DNA of 26,279 nt from a virus (taxonomy: Duplodnaviria > Caudoviricetes), in IMG/VR virus record IMGVR_UViG_3300003394_000003, positions 1 to 26,279 of that record. One strand, written 5' to 3'. Shown here piece by piece: positions 1 through 9,583 of this stretch. The notes under the pieces were generated by a model that saw only the letters and a list, made by a program, of their open reading frames with translations, did not search any database and was not told the DNA's origin. Each line of letters starts with the position of its first letter. Position 1 is the first letter of the stretch. The translations under genes were made by a program, and so were the position numbers.

Positions 1-139
1 CTCTTACGAATAAGATAGCGCCAGGAACGAATTCACCTTCAGAATAAACTTGTGTACCATCTACTAATGTAGCTTCCGCGAAATTGAACTGAGCACCAAG
101 CATAACTTTCAACTTTCTAATTACGTTTGTTACGTTCAT
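1..139 (-). CDS. 5' part of the scaffold-like gene (partial duplicate of 23610..24176)
   Basis: Lies within the terminal repeat; ATG at 139 begins MNVTNVIRKLK. Confidence 0.7.
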   Translation of the reverse strand, partial: MNVTNVIRKLKVMLGAQFNFAEATLVDGTQVYSEGEFVPGAILFVR

Positions 140-186
140 ATTTTTAAAATTTATTTTGTTTGTACAATCAATTGACTGTATGCTAT

Positions 187-210
187 TAAATATAGAATAG
201 TTCAAAACTG
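187..210 (-). promoter_or_regulatory. Putative late promoter CA-N14-TATATTTA (scaffold/capsid operon); duplicate at 24224..24247
   Basis: - strand reads tCAg ttttgaactattc TATATTTA; same spacing as five other sites. Confidence 0.65.
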
Positions 211-218
211 ACAAAAGT

Positions 219-246
219 TAAACTTTATGTCTAACCTTTATATAAT
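219..246 (+). promoter_or_regulatory. Putative early promoter TAAAC-N17-TATAAT; duplicate at 24256..24283
   Basis: AAAC at 220-223, 17-nt spacer, TATAAT at 241-246, upstream of ATG 263. Confidence 0.65.
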
Positions 247-262
247 ATTAAAGAAAATTAAT

Positions 263-418
263 ATGGAGCCAAGAAAACTAAGCTTATTTCAAGCCGCAAA
301 GATCAGAGAGTACTACGAAGCTGGCGCAACGCAGAATAGATTAGCCACAATGTATGGCGTTAGTAAACAAACTATCAAATCAATAGTACAAAGAAAAACG
401 TATCAGCAAGGCGTTTAG
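263..418 (+). CDS. Small helix-turn-helix DNA-binding protein (51 aa)
   Basis: KLSLFQAAKIREYY...TQNRLATMYGVSKQTIKSIV is an HTH pattern. Start moved from 227 to 263 because 227 lies inside the promoter motif. Confidence 0.75.
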   Translation: MEPRKLSLFQAAKIREYYEAGATQNRLATMYGVSKQTIKSIVQRKTYQQGV

Positions 419-573
419 TCTTGCTGATCTTTATTCTTATTAGCAGATCTAATCCTAATCACATTAAGTATAATACCTGACACAAGAAGTGCCACTGTTA
501 ATATTGCTTGTGCGTTAACTAAATACGCACCAATGCCTACGTAACCTACTAGGTTTGCTGCACTATCTTTCAT
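415..573 (-). CDS. Small membrane protein, holin-like (52 aa; 56 aa from in-frame ATG at 585); absent from ORF track
   Basis: MKDSAANLVGYVGIGAYLVNAQAILTVALLVSGIILNVIRIRSANKNKDQQD has a hydrophobic core and a charged C-tail, and directly follows the protease gene. Confidence 0.65.
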   Translation of the reverse strand: MKDSAANLVGYVGIGAYLVNAQAILTVALLVSGIILNVIRIRSANKNKDQQD

Positions 574-577
574 TTGA

Positions 578-1846
578 TCACCCATTTTTTGTTGTTGTTC
601 GTTCTATAAACTGACCTGCAATTGAAAATCCATTCAGTTTACCTTCTTTGATTTGATTCCAAGTCTCTTCGTTATTTATTTTATATGACACATACCAATC
701 ACCTTTTGCTGGTTCAAATCCTAAAGCTACTGCTTTATCCATTTCAGGATCTTCTACGATCCATGATTCGATTAAAGTATTCTCTTCATTTGGATTCATA
801 CTGTGGTTTATATCTGTCATATGTTGTTTGTGTTCTTTTAAGAATTTCTCTGAAAGTTTTTTAACTGTTTCTGCTGTAAAGTATACGTGAAATATCTCTT
901 TAGTTACCTCATCTTTACGAGGTATCATTTGCCATGGTCTCATTGCTGGACCAGTAATAACTCTTTGTTCTTCATCTGCTGCAAATGACCATTGTTTAGA
1001 TAATCTTGCATTATTTCTTACATATCCAGTAGGACTAGGTTCTGAGCTGTTGTTAGACTCACCAGCCAATCCAGCTGCAGGTCCTTCAGATATTACTATG
1101 TTTCTACCACTATTAGATCTGAATACTCTAAGTTGCTCCCAATAATGAGTACAATTTACAGATCCTTTATAATCAAAAATACTATAGAAGTTAGTTCCAC
1201 CAGGACCGAAGCCAAAGTTAACTCCGTCCATCATGTTAATTTCTGCTCTAGTGTAGATTTTACCTAATGCAAGTAATGCTTTACAAAAGTTTCTTTGTGC
1301 GCTAGGTCCAGTATATCTGTAACTAGGTTCTGGTACTTGTTGTGCACCACTATTAGATATTTGTGCGAGTACATCTAATGCATCGATACCTCTTAAGAAT
1401 TCACCAACAGTTTCAAACTCTTCTTTAGCAAGACTTACAAATGTAGTATTAGCCATATCTAAAACTTCACCAACTTCTGGTCTTGAAGCCATTTCTAATA
1501 CAGCATCTTGATATGCATCAAAGTCAGCTTTTTTTGGTTTTAGTCCATCTACTTCATCTACGTATTTTGGAAGTGCATCTGTGTTTGCTTCAAAACTACC
1601 ATAACAAATAGCAGCAGCTTCATCTTGATCATAACCTTCTTTAATAAGTTGAGGTATGCAACGACCAATATAATCTTCTTCAGATTCACCGATGATTTTA
1701 TCTACAAATTGATGTGCAGCGAATGCAGCCCAATTAACACCAATTGCTGGCGTCTCAACTAGTGACATAATTTCGATAGCAACATCGTCAAATTCCATGC
1801 CATCTACTTCTACTTGAAGTTCTACTATTTTATTGATTCTACTCAT
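578..1846 (-). CDS. Prohead maturation protease, XkdF-like serine peptidase with a large internal insertion
   Basis: N-terminal SLVETPAI and C-terminal GPAMRP...DINH...ESWIV...W...IKEGKLNGFSIAG are typical of XkdF-like phage proteases. It precedes scaffold and capsid in circular order. Confidence 0.8.
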   Translation of the reverse strand: MSRINKIVELQVEVDGMEFDDVAIEIMSLVETPAIGVNWAAFAAHQFVDKIIGESEEDYIGRCIPQLIKEGYDQDEAAAICYGSFEANTDALPKYVDEVDGLKPKKADFDAYQDAVLEMASRPEVGEVLDMANTTFVSLAKEEFETVGEFLRGIDALDVLAQISNSGAQQVPEPSYRYTGPSAQRNFCKALLALGKIYTRAEINMMDGVNFGFGPGGTNFYSIFDYKGSVNCTHYWEQLRVFRSNSGRNIVISEGPAAGLAGESNNSSEPSPTGYVRNNARLSKQWSFAADEEQRVITGPAMRPWQMIPRKDEVTKEIFHVYFTAETVKKLSEKFLKEHKQHMTDINHSMNPNEENTLIESWIVEDPEMDKAVALGFEPAKGDWYVSYKINNEETWNQIKEGKLNGFSIAGQFIERTTTKNG

Positions 1847-1861
1847 TTTATATTTATCTTA

Positions 1862-3853
1862 TTATAATCTTGCCAGATCGGTTATCTTACGGTCAGCTTC
1901 TTGTTGATTGGTCATCTGACTAGAAACTACATATGCTTGTACCACAGTACCACCAGTGCTTCCTTGTTGGTTACCTAATGTTATTTGATTTTGTACTTGT
2001 TGTCCTTCTTGTGCAGCTCCTAAAGCAGCCGTAGGATTATAAGCAGGAATAGCGGGAACAGAAGGTACTGAACCAGCAGATCCACCACCACCTCCACCAG
2101 GTGTTTTAGTACTTAAGATCTTCTTAACATTCATAATACCTGCAGCCACAGCAACACCCGCAGCAATTGGAGCTAAAACAGGTCCAACGAATGGTACACC
2201 AACTACAGAAGCATAAGCTGCAGTAGCAGATGTATATGTTGAAATTGTGGCAGAAGCTACAGCAGCAGCTTTTCCAACAGCAGAACCTTCTCCAACTAAA
2301 TCAACTACACTATTAAGTACATCAGCACTAGCATTTAATGCATCGCCAACCTCTTGTTTTTTAAGTGCTTTCTTAAATTTAAGTTCTTCTGTTGCTAATT
2401 TTTTAGATTTATCAGTATAACCTGCATTGATAGCATTTAATTGTGTAGCAGTTGCACCAGCTAATGTGGCTTTTTCTACATCGGTAGTTCTCTGAATCTC
2501 TAATTCCATTCGAGCTTTCTCAAATGTATCTTCAATAGAATCTAACTTTTGTTGTTGTAAGATACCATCTACAATTTCTTTATTAGCTTTAGCTTTTTCT
2601 TCTTCAGCTTTTTTCTTTTCATCAGCAACTTTCTGTTTCTCTTCAGCAGCTGCTGCAAACTCATCCTTGATAGCTTGAGCTTTTTGTAAGTAGTTCTTAT
2701 CTAATTCCAATAACAGTTCATTAGAAGCTTTCTTTTCTTCTAGCTCAGCACGTTTTTGTTGTCTCTCTAATTCTAAAAGAGCCAATGCTTTAGCTTGTTT
2801 ATCTGTGATATTCTCAGCTTGTAATCTAGACAGTTCAGCAAGTAATTCTTTCTCAGTCTGTATTCTTTCATCAGCAGCCTCTTTATTCTTTGCTGCAGCA
2901 TCATCACTAGCTTTTTTAGCTTGATCTTTACCTTGAAGGATATAACCATCACGAGTATTTTTTAATTTACGTAAACCACCTTCAACTTCTTTTGCAGATT
3001 TGTCTGCTTCTTCTTTAGCACCCGCCGGGTCAAAGATTAAACCAGCTAAACCACCACTAAACTTCTCTTCTAAATTGGTACCTTTTTCCATTACACCAAT
3101 CTTAGCAAGTCCCATAGTCAGAGTATCAACTGCTTTTAATAAGATAGTAACTGGCGCTGCTATGAATCTAATAACATTCTGTGCAATTGTAGCATTTCGT
3201 TCTAAAGCTTCTTGTTGTGCTTTAGCTTGTTGCTTTTGCATAGTCAATTGAGTTTCCATTGAAGCAATGGTCTCATTAGTTTGTTGTATCTTTAGATCTC
3301 TAATCTCTTTTTCAGTCTTACCACTAAGCTTTAATGAGTTCTCAGATTCTAATGTTGAGTCTAAATTGGCTTGATTTGCAGCAGCAGTAGCTTTAGTGTC
3401 TTCTAATAACTTAGCTTGTTCACTACTTACACCACTAATTGCACCTACAATGTCATCCCAATAAGCTGCAATTAAACCGAGCGCTACAACAATAGCACCA
3501 ATACCAGTTGCAATAAGTGCTTTACCCATTGCATTAGCTCCCATTACTGCAGATTTAAATGAAGTAATAGCAGATGTACCTAATTGTTTAATACCTCCAC
3601 CTACTTCTTTAATCTGTGTACCTAAACCTCCAAATGCTTCATCGATAATCTTTGTAGCACCTTCGGCATTCTTAGCAGCTTCTTCACTGGATTTACCAAC
3701 GGTCTTTGCTGCATCACTTACATCGTTAACAGTTTTCTCTGTCTTTTTAGACTGAGTCTCAACTCCTTTAAGTGCGTTCTGTAATTCTTCAACCGAAGAC
3801 ACACTCTGTTGTATGCCTTCGATTTCGAATATTATTTTAACTTCTTCTGCCAT
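1862..3853 (-). CDS. Tail tape measure protein
   Basis: 663 aa, Ala/Lys/Glu-rich coiled coil with hydrophobic ALIATGIGAIVVALG segments and a C-terminal QAYVVSSQMT motif; adjacent to tail genes. Confidence 0.8.
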   Translation of the reverse strand: MAEEVKIIFEIEGIQQSVSSVEELQNALKGVETQSKKTEKTVNDVSDAAKTVGKSSEEAAKNAEGATKIIDEAFGGLGTQIKEVGGGIKQLGTSAITSFKSAVMGANAMGKALIATGIGAIVVALGLIAAYWDDIVGAISGVSSEQAKLLEDTKATAAANQANLDSTLESENSLKLSGKTEKEIRDLKIQQTNETIASMETQLTMQKQQAKAQQEALERNATIAQNVIRFIAAPVTILLKAVDTLTMGLAKIGVMEKGTNLEEKFSGGLAGLIFDPAGAKEEADKSAKEVEGGLRKLKNTRDGYILQGKDQAKKASDDAAAKNKEAADERIQTEKELLAELSRLQAENITDKQAKALALLELERQQKRAELEEKKASNELLLELDKNYLQKAQAIKDEFAAAAEEKQKVADEKKKAEEEKAKANKEIVDGILQQQKLDSIEDTFEKARMELEIQRTTDVEKATLAGATATQLNAINAGYTDKSKKLATEELKFKKALKKQEVGDALNASADVLNSVVDLVGEGSAVGKAAAVASATISTYTSATAAYASVVGVPFVGPVLAPIAAGVAVAAGIMNVKKILSTKTPGGGGGGSAGSVPSVPAIPAYNPTAALGAAQEGQQVQNQITLGNQQGSTGGTVVQAYVVSSQMTNQQEADRKITDLARL

Positions 3854-3858
3854 GATTA

Positions 3859-3882
3859 TAAATATAAATTATTAATGAGTTG
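3859..3882 (-). promoter_or_regulatory. Putative late promoter CA-N14-TATATTTA, 5 nt before the tape measure ATG
   Basis: - strand reads ttCAa ctcattaataatt TATATTTA taatc ATG. Confidence 0.65.
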
Positions 3883-3884
3883 AA

Positions 3885-6800
3885 TTAACAACTATTACCA
3901 TTAGGATATGGTTCAGCACCGTAATATATTATAATTGCAGTAGCACAAAAACTAGTTGCATCATATCCACTAGCAGATGGACCATTGTAATATGCAGTTT
4001 GTTCAAAACCATCACAATCTAAATAAGTAGTTTCACCAATATCATAACCACCAATTGTATAATTAATACACTCTGCTAAAGTAGGCATTGGTGTTGGTGT
4101 TGGAGGTACTGGAGTTGGTGTTGGAGTAACAGGACCACCACATGGATCTTCACCTATTATGAAAATATTAGGACCATGTACTAATGAATCTGTTTCTGCA
4201 CATATTGGTCCGAAAGATTCAAATCCACCAATATATGTTTGAATCTGAGCACCATCACATAGTGTATAACCAAGTATTTCATCAGACTGTTGACCATTAT
4301 AAAGAGTGTATTCTGTACATGCAGTTGGTCCACATGCAATACCTTGTATAGCTCCAGGTGCAATGTATGGTAATTTTATACATTCACCTAATGAATCTCC
4401 TTGAGGTACAGTTAATGTGGTTTTAAATGTATCACCACATCTAGTAAATGTGAAACTTCTTCCAGTGATTCCACCATATAATTCAAATTCAGCACATTCA
4501 AGAGTACTTGGTGTAGGTGTTGGTGGTATAAATGTTGGTGTTGGAGTAGGTGTTACAGGCGTGTCACATTCTATACAAGTATCATATGCAATGGCTACTT
4601 CTGCTTGAACATAAGGACTAGATTCAGATCTAATCCAATAACATGTCGATTCATTAAGTATATCTGCAACGCTTGGATCAATATTTTTTAATTTAATAGT
4701 AGTTCCAATAGCAAGTGGAACTAATGAACTAACATTTTGATTAAATCCACCACCTTGTGTACAACCAAGAAAATCTGGATATTCACCATGATATCCAATA
4801 TTATAGAAATAACCTTGATAATATTGGCATTGTTCACAATCAGTATATGTTTCAATTATATTAGCAATTGGTTGTAATGTACTTTCTGCAATTACAGTAA
4901 AACAACCAGGAATTGAATCTAACTCATAAGCATTTGTATTACCAATTGTTATAGGTGTTGCAGACTGTGCAATAATACTAGTGCTACCAACTGTACTACA
5001 TGTTTCATTATATTCACGTACTTCATAAGTATATGTTGGACCTGTACATTCTATGTTTACTATAGTTTGATTAGTCACACAGTTATTAAAATCTCTAACA
5101 AAATATGAGTATACACCACAACATAGACCAGTACGAGTAAAAGTACCAGCAAATGTTTGATCTGACCAAAAGATATAGAATGGTGCAGTTCCAACTGGTG
5201 TTACAACTATTTGACCATCACATTCTCCTGGTAAAGTATTAGTAGCTACATATGATGATGTTACAGGTGTACCTTCAGGAATTGTTACTGATTGAGAGAA
5301 TGTTCTACCAATAGCATCTGTTAAATCAATGGTAAACGTTCCAACTGGTACATCATCTATAGTGAATGTATATGGTGGTGGTGCGCCATTATCAAATTGA
5401 CCACTCAAACCATTAGATATTGTCCAATTGATAGGACCAGCACCTCCTGTTTCAACTAAGATACTTCCTGGTTGACCGTAACAATCAAGGTTTTGACCTG
5501 TTGCAGTAGCAAATAAGGTTTCATTATTCCAAACAGGAACATAATCATTCGCAGTTAATAACTGTACTTGTACTTCTGTATATGCACCGATTTGTACATC
5601 GATAATCTTTTCAGGTATGTAGTAAACACCATTAACAAAGATGGTATCATCAAATGAGAATGTGTTAAGATCTATATTGTTTAAGACAAAGTAAGCAGTC
5701 ACACGTCTTGAGTACTTATTGTAAAGACTAGAAATATATCTAGACCAATAACTATCGTAAAGTGTAGCACCATTTAAATTATAACCACCAGGAACCGACG
5801 TACCCCAATATTGTATATCATTAGAGAATGCCAAGTTAAGACTGCCTTGTGTAATTGGCCATGCTTCATACTGAGACATTAATGGATAACTATTAATAGC
5901 TGCGTTGTTTACCATATACCATGGTATAGGTGTAGCTTTTAGACCATTATAGAATAATAGTCTAGTTTTAGTTTTAATAGGTAAATGACGTACTTTATTT
6001 TCATCAGTCTCATGTACATGTATTTGTGGTAAGATCCAAGTACTAGTATCAGCTTCACCTTCTATTTGTGACATTGGTGTATTAGCGATACCTGTTATTT
6101 TAATCTCACGATTCCCTTTAAGTAACTCATTACCACTATCAAACTGTAACCAACCCCAATTATGTTTGTAACTTAGTTGATGATAAATGTTAATATAATC
6201 ACCATCAGTTGGTTGTGCGAAAGTAATATTATCACTTTGACTAAAGAATACTGGTTCAATTACAACATCTTTATCTTCTACAAGTTTCTTAGACCAATCA
6301 TATAATTGACCACTATTGATATAAGTTTGCCATGGCTCTACAATAAAGTTACGAGGATTATTAGGATCTGGACTTAAAACTAATCTAAACATCAATAAGA
6401 TGTCTTTGATAAAATCAATTTGTTTATATGTACACTCTAATAAAGATGCAGGATTGATATTACCAGGAGATGCTATACATGCAAATGATTGTAAAGTAGA
6501 TGAAAGAAAATCAGCACTCTCATTACATGACATAAAGAAATATACTTCATCTCCAGCATTTAAATTTAGAGTATGTGTAAGTATACTTGTACTATAACCA
6601 GCCCAAGATCCACATGCTACTGATACACCATTAACATAAAGACATATATTACCATATTCAGTTTGTTGTTCTGGTGGCCACGAAGATCTAATTTCAGTAT
6701 AACCATAGAAATATGCACTAGCAGTAAATGTGTGTTCACCTGTTGCTTGTACTATATAAGTTTGACCATCCCAAGAACCTGATGGATCTACTACTATTTC

Positions 6801-7700
6801 ATCAGCTGATTGTATACCAAATCCTTGATAACCACCACCTAGAAATCCACCACCTGATGAAGTATTCTGTGCACTAAAATTATATTCACTACTACTAGCA
6901 GCATCATAAGAAGGTCTTGCAACATTATCAAAAGCACTCAAATACATCTGATGAAATCTATTACTATCAATAAAACTAGAAGAGTAAGTATAACCAGCAT
7001 CACTAAAGATCTGATCCCATATTCTCTTAGCTCTGATCATTGGATACATCTGATCAATATCAAGTGGAAAACTTGTACTTGTAAATGGTTTACCACCAGC
7101 TAAAGTACCAGTTCTTACTTCTGGTTGTTCAGGTACACCAAGATCATCATACGTATTACCATGATCTATAAGTGGATAAATGATATTACCATCATGTAAA
7201 CCTGCAGTTAGTGGTGCAGTCTCAGGAAATGCTTGCCAACTTTGAATAATATCTGCTCTAGTTAATGGTGCACCGCTATCACCACCAGTAAGGTCAGTTA
7301 GATTAAGTGCACACATTTGTCTGTCACCAATAATAGATGAGAAATCTCTTGTTTCACCTAAGAACACCAACTCATAATCATAGCGATCTAGTTCTGTGTT
7401 CTTAATCATCTTATTAAGTCTGATGTGACCATGTCTAAACTCTGCGCCATCGACAAGTATCTCTGCGGGTTTTTTTACAGTTACATCAAATAAGACGCCA
7501 TTGATTTCAAATGCTTGTTTAAAGAACTCATTGTTCTTTCTAGTACCAGGAACTTTAAAAGCTTTACTGTAAGTTGAAGTAGCATCAGCACTTGTGATGT
7601 CTTCAATACTTAGAGTTAACTTGATTGGTTCCGAATCATAGAGATCTAACCAATACTGTTGTACTTTGGTTCTGTCTTCATATACTCGTAATTGTATCAT
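3885..7700 (-). CDS. Large tail tip/fibre protein with Cys-rich modules and Pro-Thr linkers at the C-terminus
   Basis: 1271 aa. N-terminal LDLY...SIEDI...YSKAFKVPGT..N resembles tail-hub proteins of this gene arrangement. The C-terminal ~550 aa are beta-rich with repeated Cys motifs (YTDCEQC, YDTCIEC). Confidence 0.7.
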   Translation of the reverse strand: MIQLRVYEDRTKVQQYWLDLYDSEPIKLTLSIEDITSADATSTYSKAFKVPGTRKNNEFFKQAFEINGVLFDVTVKKPAEILVDGAEFRHGHIRLNKMIKNTELDRYDYELVFLGETRDFSSIIGDRQMCALNLTDLTGGDSGAPLTRADIIQSWQAFPETAPLTAGLHDGNIIYPLIDHGNTYDDLGVPEQPEVRTGTLAGGKPFTSTSFPLDIDQMYPMIRAKRIWDQIFSDAGYTYSSSFIDSNRFHQMYLSAFDNVARPSYDAASSSEYNFSAQNTSSGGGFLGGGYQGFGIQSADEIVVDPSGSWDGQTYIVQATGEHTFTASAYFYGYTEIRSSWPPEQQTEYGNICLYVNGVSVACGSWAGYSTSILTHTLNLNAGDEVYFFMSCNESADFLSSTLQSFACIASPGNINPASLLECTYKQIDFIKDILLMFRLVLSPDPNNPRNFIVEPWQTYINSGQLYDWSKKLVEDKDVVIEPVFFSQSDNITFAQPTDGDYINIYHQLSYKHNWGWLQFDSGNELLKGNREIKITGIANTPMSQIEGEADTSTWILPQIHVHETDENKVRHLPIKTKTRLLFYNGLKATPIPWYMVNNAAINSYPLMSQYEAWPITQGSLNLAFSNDIQYWGTSVPGGYNLNGATLYDSYWSRYISSLYNKYSRRVTAYFVLNNIDLNTFSFDDTIFVNGVYYIPEKIIDVQIGAYTEVQVQLLTANDYVPVWNNETLFATATGQNLDCYGQPGSILVETGGAGPINWTISNGLSGQFDNGAPPPYTFTIDDVPVGTFTIDLTDAIGRTFSQSVTIPEGTPVTSSYVATNTLPGECDGQIVVTPVGTAPFYIFWSDQTFAGTFTRTGLCCGVYSYFVRDFNNCVTNQTIVNIECTGPTYTYEVREYNETCSTVGSTSIIAQSATPITIGNTNAYELDSIPGCFTVIAESTLQPIANIIETYTDCEQCQYYQGYFYNIGYHGEYPDFLGCTQGGGFNQNVSSLVPLAIGTTIKLKNIDPSVADILNESTCYWIRSESSPYVQAEVAIAYDTCIECDTPVTPTPTPTFIPPTPTPSTLECAEFELYGGITGRSFTFTRCGDTFKTTLTVPQGDSLGECIKLPYIAPGAIQGIACGPTACTEYTLYNGQQSDEILGYTLCDGAQIQTYIGGFESFGPICAETDSLVHGPNIFIIGEDPCGGPVTPTPTPVPPTPTPMPTLAECINYTIGGYDIGETTYLDCDGFEQTAYYNGPSASGYDATSFCATAIIIYYGAEPYPNGNSC

Positions 7701-7715
7701 ATTTGTTTGTTTATT

Positions 7716-9128
7716 TTAACCTCTTTGACTCTTGATATTATGCGCCATTCTAAATGTAATATCGTATTGGAATAATTGATTCTTACGTACTGTTTTCTCT
7801 GTGTATGTTTTATTCATTAGAGTAACTGGTTGCCATTGAAATTGTTGTCCTACTTGTGAACCATTAAATCTAACTTTAACATCTGCACTAATAAAGAGCT
7901 TCTCTAAGAAGAGTGCTTCAGCATCTGTTAAGAAATCAGTGAATGCTACAAACTCTTGTCCTAAGTCTTCTGAGTATGTTGTAGTTCCTCTATCGTATAT
8001 ATTAACATTATATGAAGCTGAATTATAGTTAGCAGCTTCTTTAAGGTATGTGTTTCTATTGATACTTACATTACGATCATGTCTCTTTCTAAAAGAATAG
8101 TAGTCTCTAAATCCATATGAGTTTAACCAACTTACTTGTATTTCAGGAAAGTCATTACAACCTTCTTCGATAATATTGAAGCGGTGCACGTAATGCATAG
8201 GTGCATCACCTAAACCTTGAATAATACTCACACAACCATTAGGATATGTGTATGCATTAGTAACTACATAATAATGAGTAGTTGATGGTAATAGAGATGC
8301 AGCTATATTCTTAGGACCTACACCTGCTGTAATAGCAAAATATGGGTATACCATTGCCGAACCTGCACTTGGTAATGCATTAGGTCCACCACCATTTGGT
8401 ATAGTATTATAGATTGTCACAGGAGTTGCTGGTACGCCTACTGCATTGTACTGCCATATGGTAAATGCTTCAATTGATTTCGTGTTGTTAGGGACAGAAC
8501 CAGTAACTGTGGGTTCATTCCAATAACTAATAGTTTCCATGTCATCTCTTGTTACGTAGTGATCATAGACTCTCATCTCTCCTCTTAAGAATGTAGGTCG
8601 ACCATCTGTAATCTGTTCTGCAGTTCTATATGATACCATATCAGAGAATGGTTTACCTTGCATAGTCACAGAACTACAAGGTCCTGCATTGTTAACAATT
8701 GGAATAAATTCTGAATTAGGATAAGGCACTTGATAGTAAGCTTTAGTACCTCCGATTGATAAGTACTTTACAGCAGTAGTTGTTAAGCCAGCTACTACAC
8801 CGCTAGTTTCATAACCATATCTAATTTGATATTGTACTGATTCATTACCACCATTCATTAGTTTTTTACCTACGGTACCTAATAATTCTATATTGTTTGG
8901 TGATGAAGATACAAAGTTCTGTAAGATATTCTGAATATCAAAGATAGCACTACCTATTGAGTTAGGTGCTTGACGTATATCACCGATGACTTGACCACCT
9001 CTGACGATTTGTAGTACATACTTATTAGGTAATGGACTGATTGTACTCAATCCACTTAGAGTAATAGGATTAGCTCCATATACTTGGTCGAATGGTATAC
9101 TAGGTGCTTGTGTTAATGTAATTGCCAT
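7716..9128 (-). CDS. Tail/baseplate structural protein
   Basis: 470 aa, beta-rich, with a C-terminal WLNSYGFRDYYSF motif; lies between tail completion and tail tip genes. Confidence 0.6.
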   Translation of the reverse strand: MAITLTQAPSIPFDQVYGANPITLSGLSTISPLPNKYVLQIVRGGQVIGDIRQAPNSIGSAIFDIQNILQNFVSSSPNNIELLGTVGKKLMNGGNESVQYQIRYGYETSGVVAGLTTTAVKYLSIGGTKAYYQVPYPNSEFIPIVNNAGPCSSVTMQGKPFSDMVSYRTAEQITDGRPTFLRGEMRVYDHYVTRDDMETISYWNEPTVTGSVPNNTKSIEAFTIWQYNAVGVPATPVTIYNTIPNGGGPNALPSAGSAMVYPYFAITAGVGPKNIAASLLPSTTHYYVVTNAYTYPNGCVSIIQGLGDAPMHYVHRFNIIEEGCNDFPEIQVSWLNSYGFRDYYSFRKRHDRNVSINRNTYLKEAANYNSASYNVNIYDRGTTTYSEDLGQEFVAFTDFLTDAEALFLEKLFISADVKVRFNGSQVGQQFQWQPVTLMNKTYTEKTVRKNQLFQYDITFRMAHNIKSQRG

Positions 9129-9129
9129 A

Positions 9130-9582
9130 TTAGTTAAATTGTCTTGTTAGTTCTTGTTCTATTCTAGATGTAACCTCTTCTCTTAATTGAGAGATGTCAA
9201 AGAATTGTTGTGGTTTAAGTCCGCGCTCAGCTATTGACTTTCTGACTGGAAATGGTAAGCTACCTCCAATGGTCATAGACTTAAATTTAAATTTATACCC
9301 GGCGGGGATACCGAAGATTCCAGCTTCTACTGGTCTTGCACTACCACTTTTAGTACCATCTACACCATAGTTCTGAAACACACCATAGTTTAACATCTCT
9401 AAGGTCATCGTGTTCTCATCTACTGTAAATGAGATGCTTGATCTTAGAGCTCCTGTGTCAACTGGTGCACGTTGTTTAAGACCTGTAGTAATCTCATTAC
9501 CTATGCCCGTTAAGATGTCACTTAAGTTTGTAGCCTCTTGTCCGAGATTACCGAGTCTTGCTATAAAGTCATCTACTGTCAT
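9130..9582 (-). CDS. HK97 gp10-like tail completion protein
   Basis: APVDTGALRSSI motif and C-terminal GLKPQQFF; 150 aa. Confidence 0.75.
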   Translation of the reverse strand: MTVDDFIARLGNLGQEATNLSDILTGIGNEITTGLKQRAPVDTGALRSSISFTVDENTMTLEMLNYGVFQNYGVDGTKSGSARPVEAGIFGIPAGYKFKFKSMTIGGSLPFPVRKSIAERGLKPQQFFDISQLREEVTSRIEQELTRQFN

Positions 9583-9583
9583 C

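Larger units (their letters stand above)
1..2242. repeat. Terminal direct repeat, copy 1 (2242 bp)
   Basis: The window start ctcttacgaataagatagcg recurs at 24038. ORFs 227..418 and 578..1846 recur with identical translations at a +24037 offset, and the window end matches the sequence up to 2242. Confidence 0.97.

Noticed and set aside
3000-3251. + strand 83-aa ORF (also 4417..4608, 6400..6597, 10582..10767, 10780..11058, 12385..12639, 17651..17941, 22491..22673)
   Set aside because: Antisense shadows of well-supported - strand genes, with no promoter motif or recognisable protein features.
4181-4363. Alternate-frame or antisense - strand ORFs (also 17732..17965, 18344..18562, 21199..21381)
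   Set aside because: Nested in or overlapping better-supported genes; 17732..17965 is a by-product of the Pro-Thr repeat.
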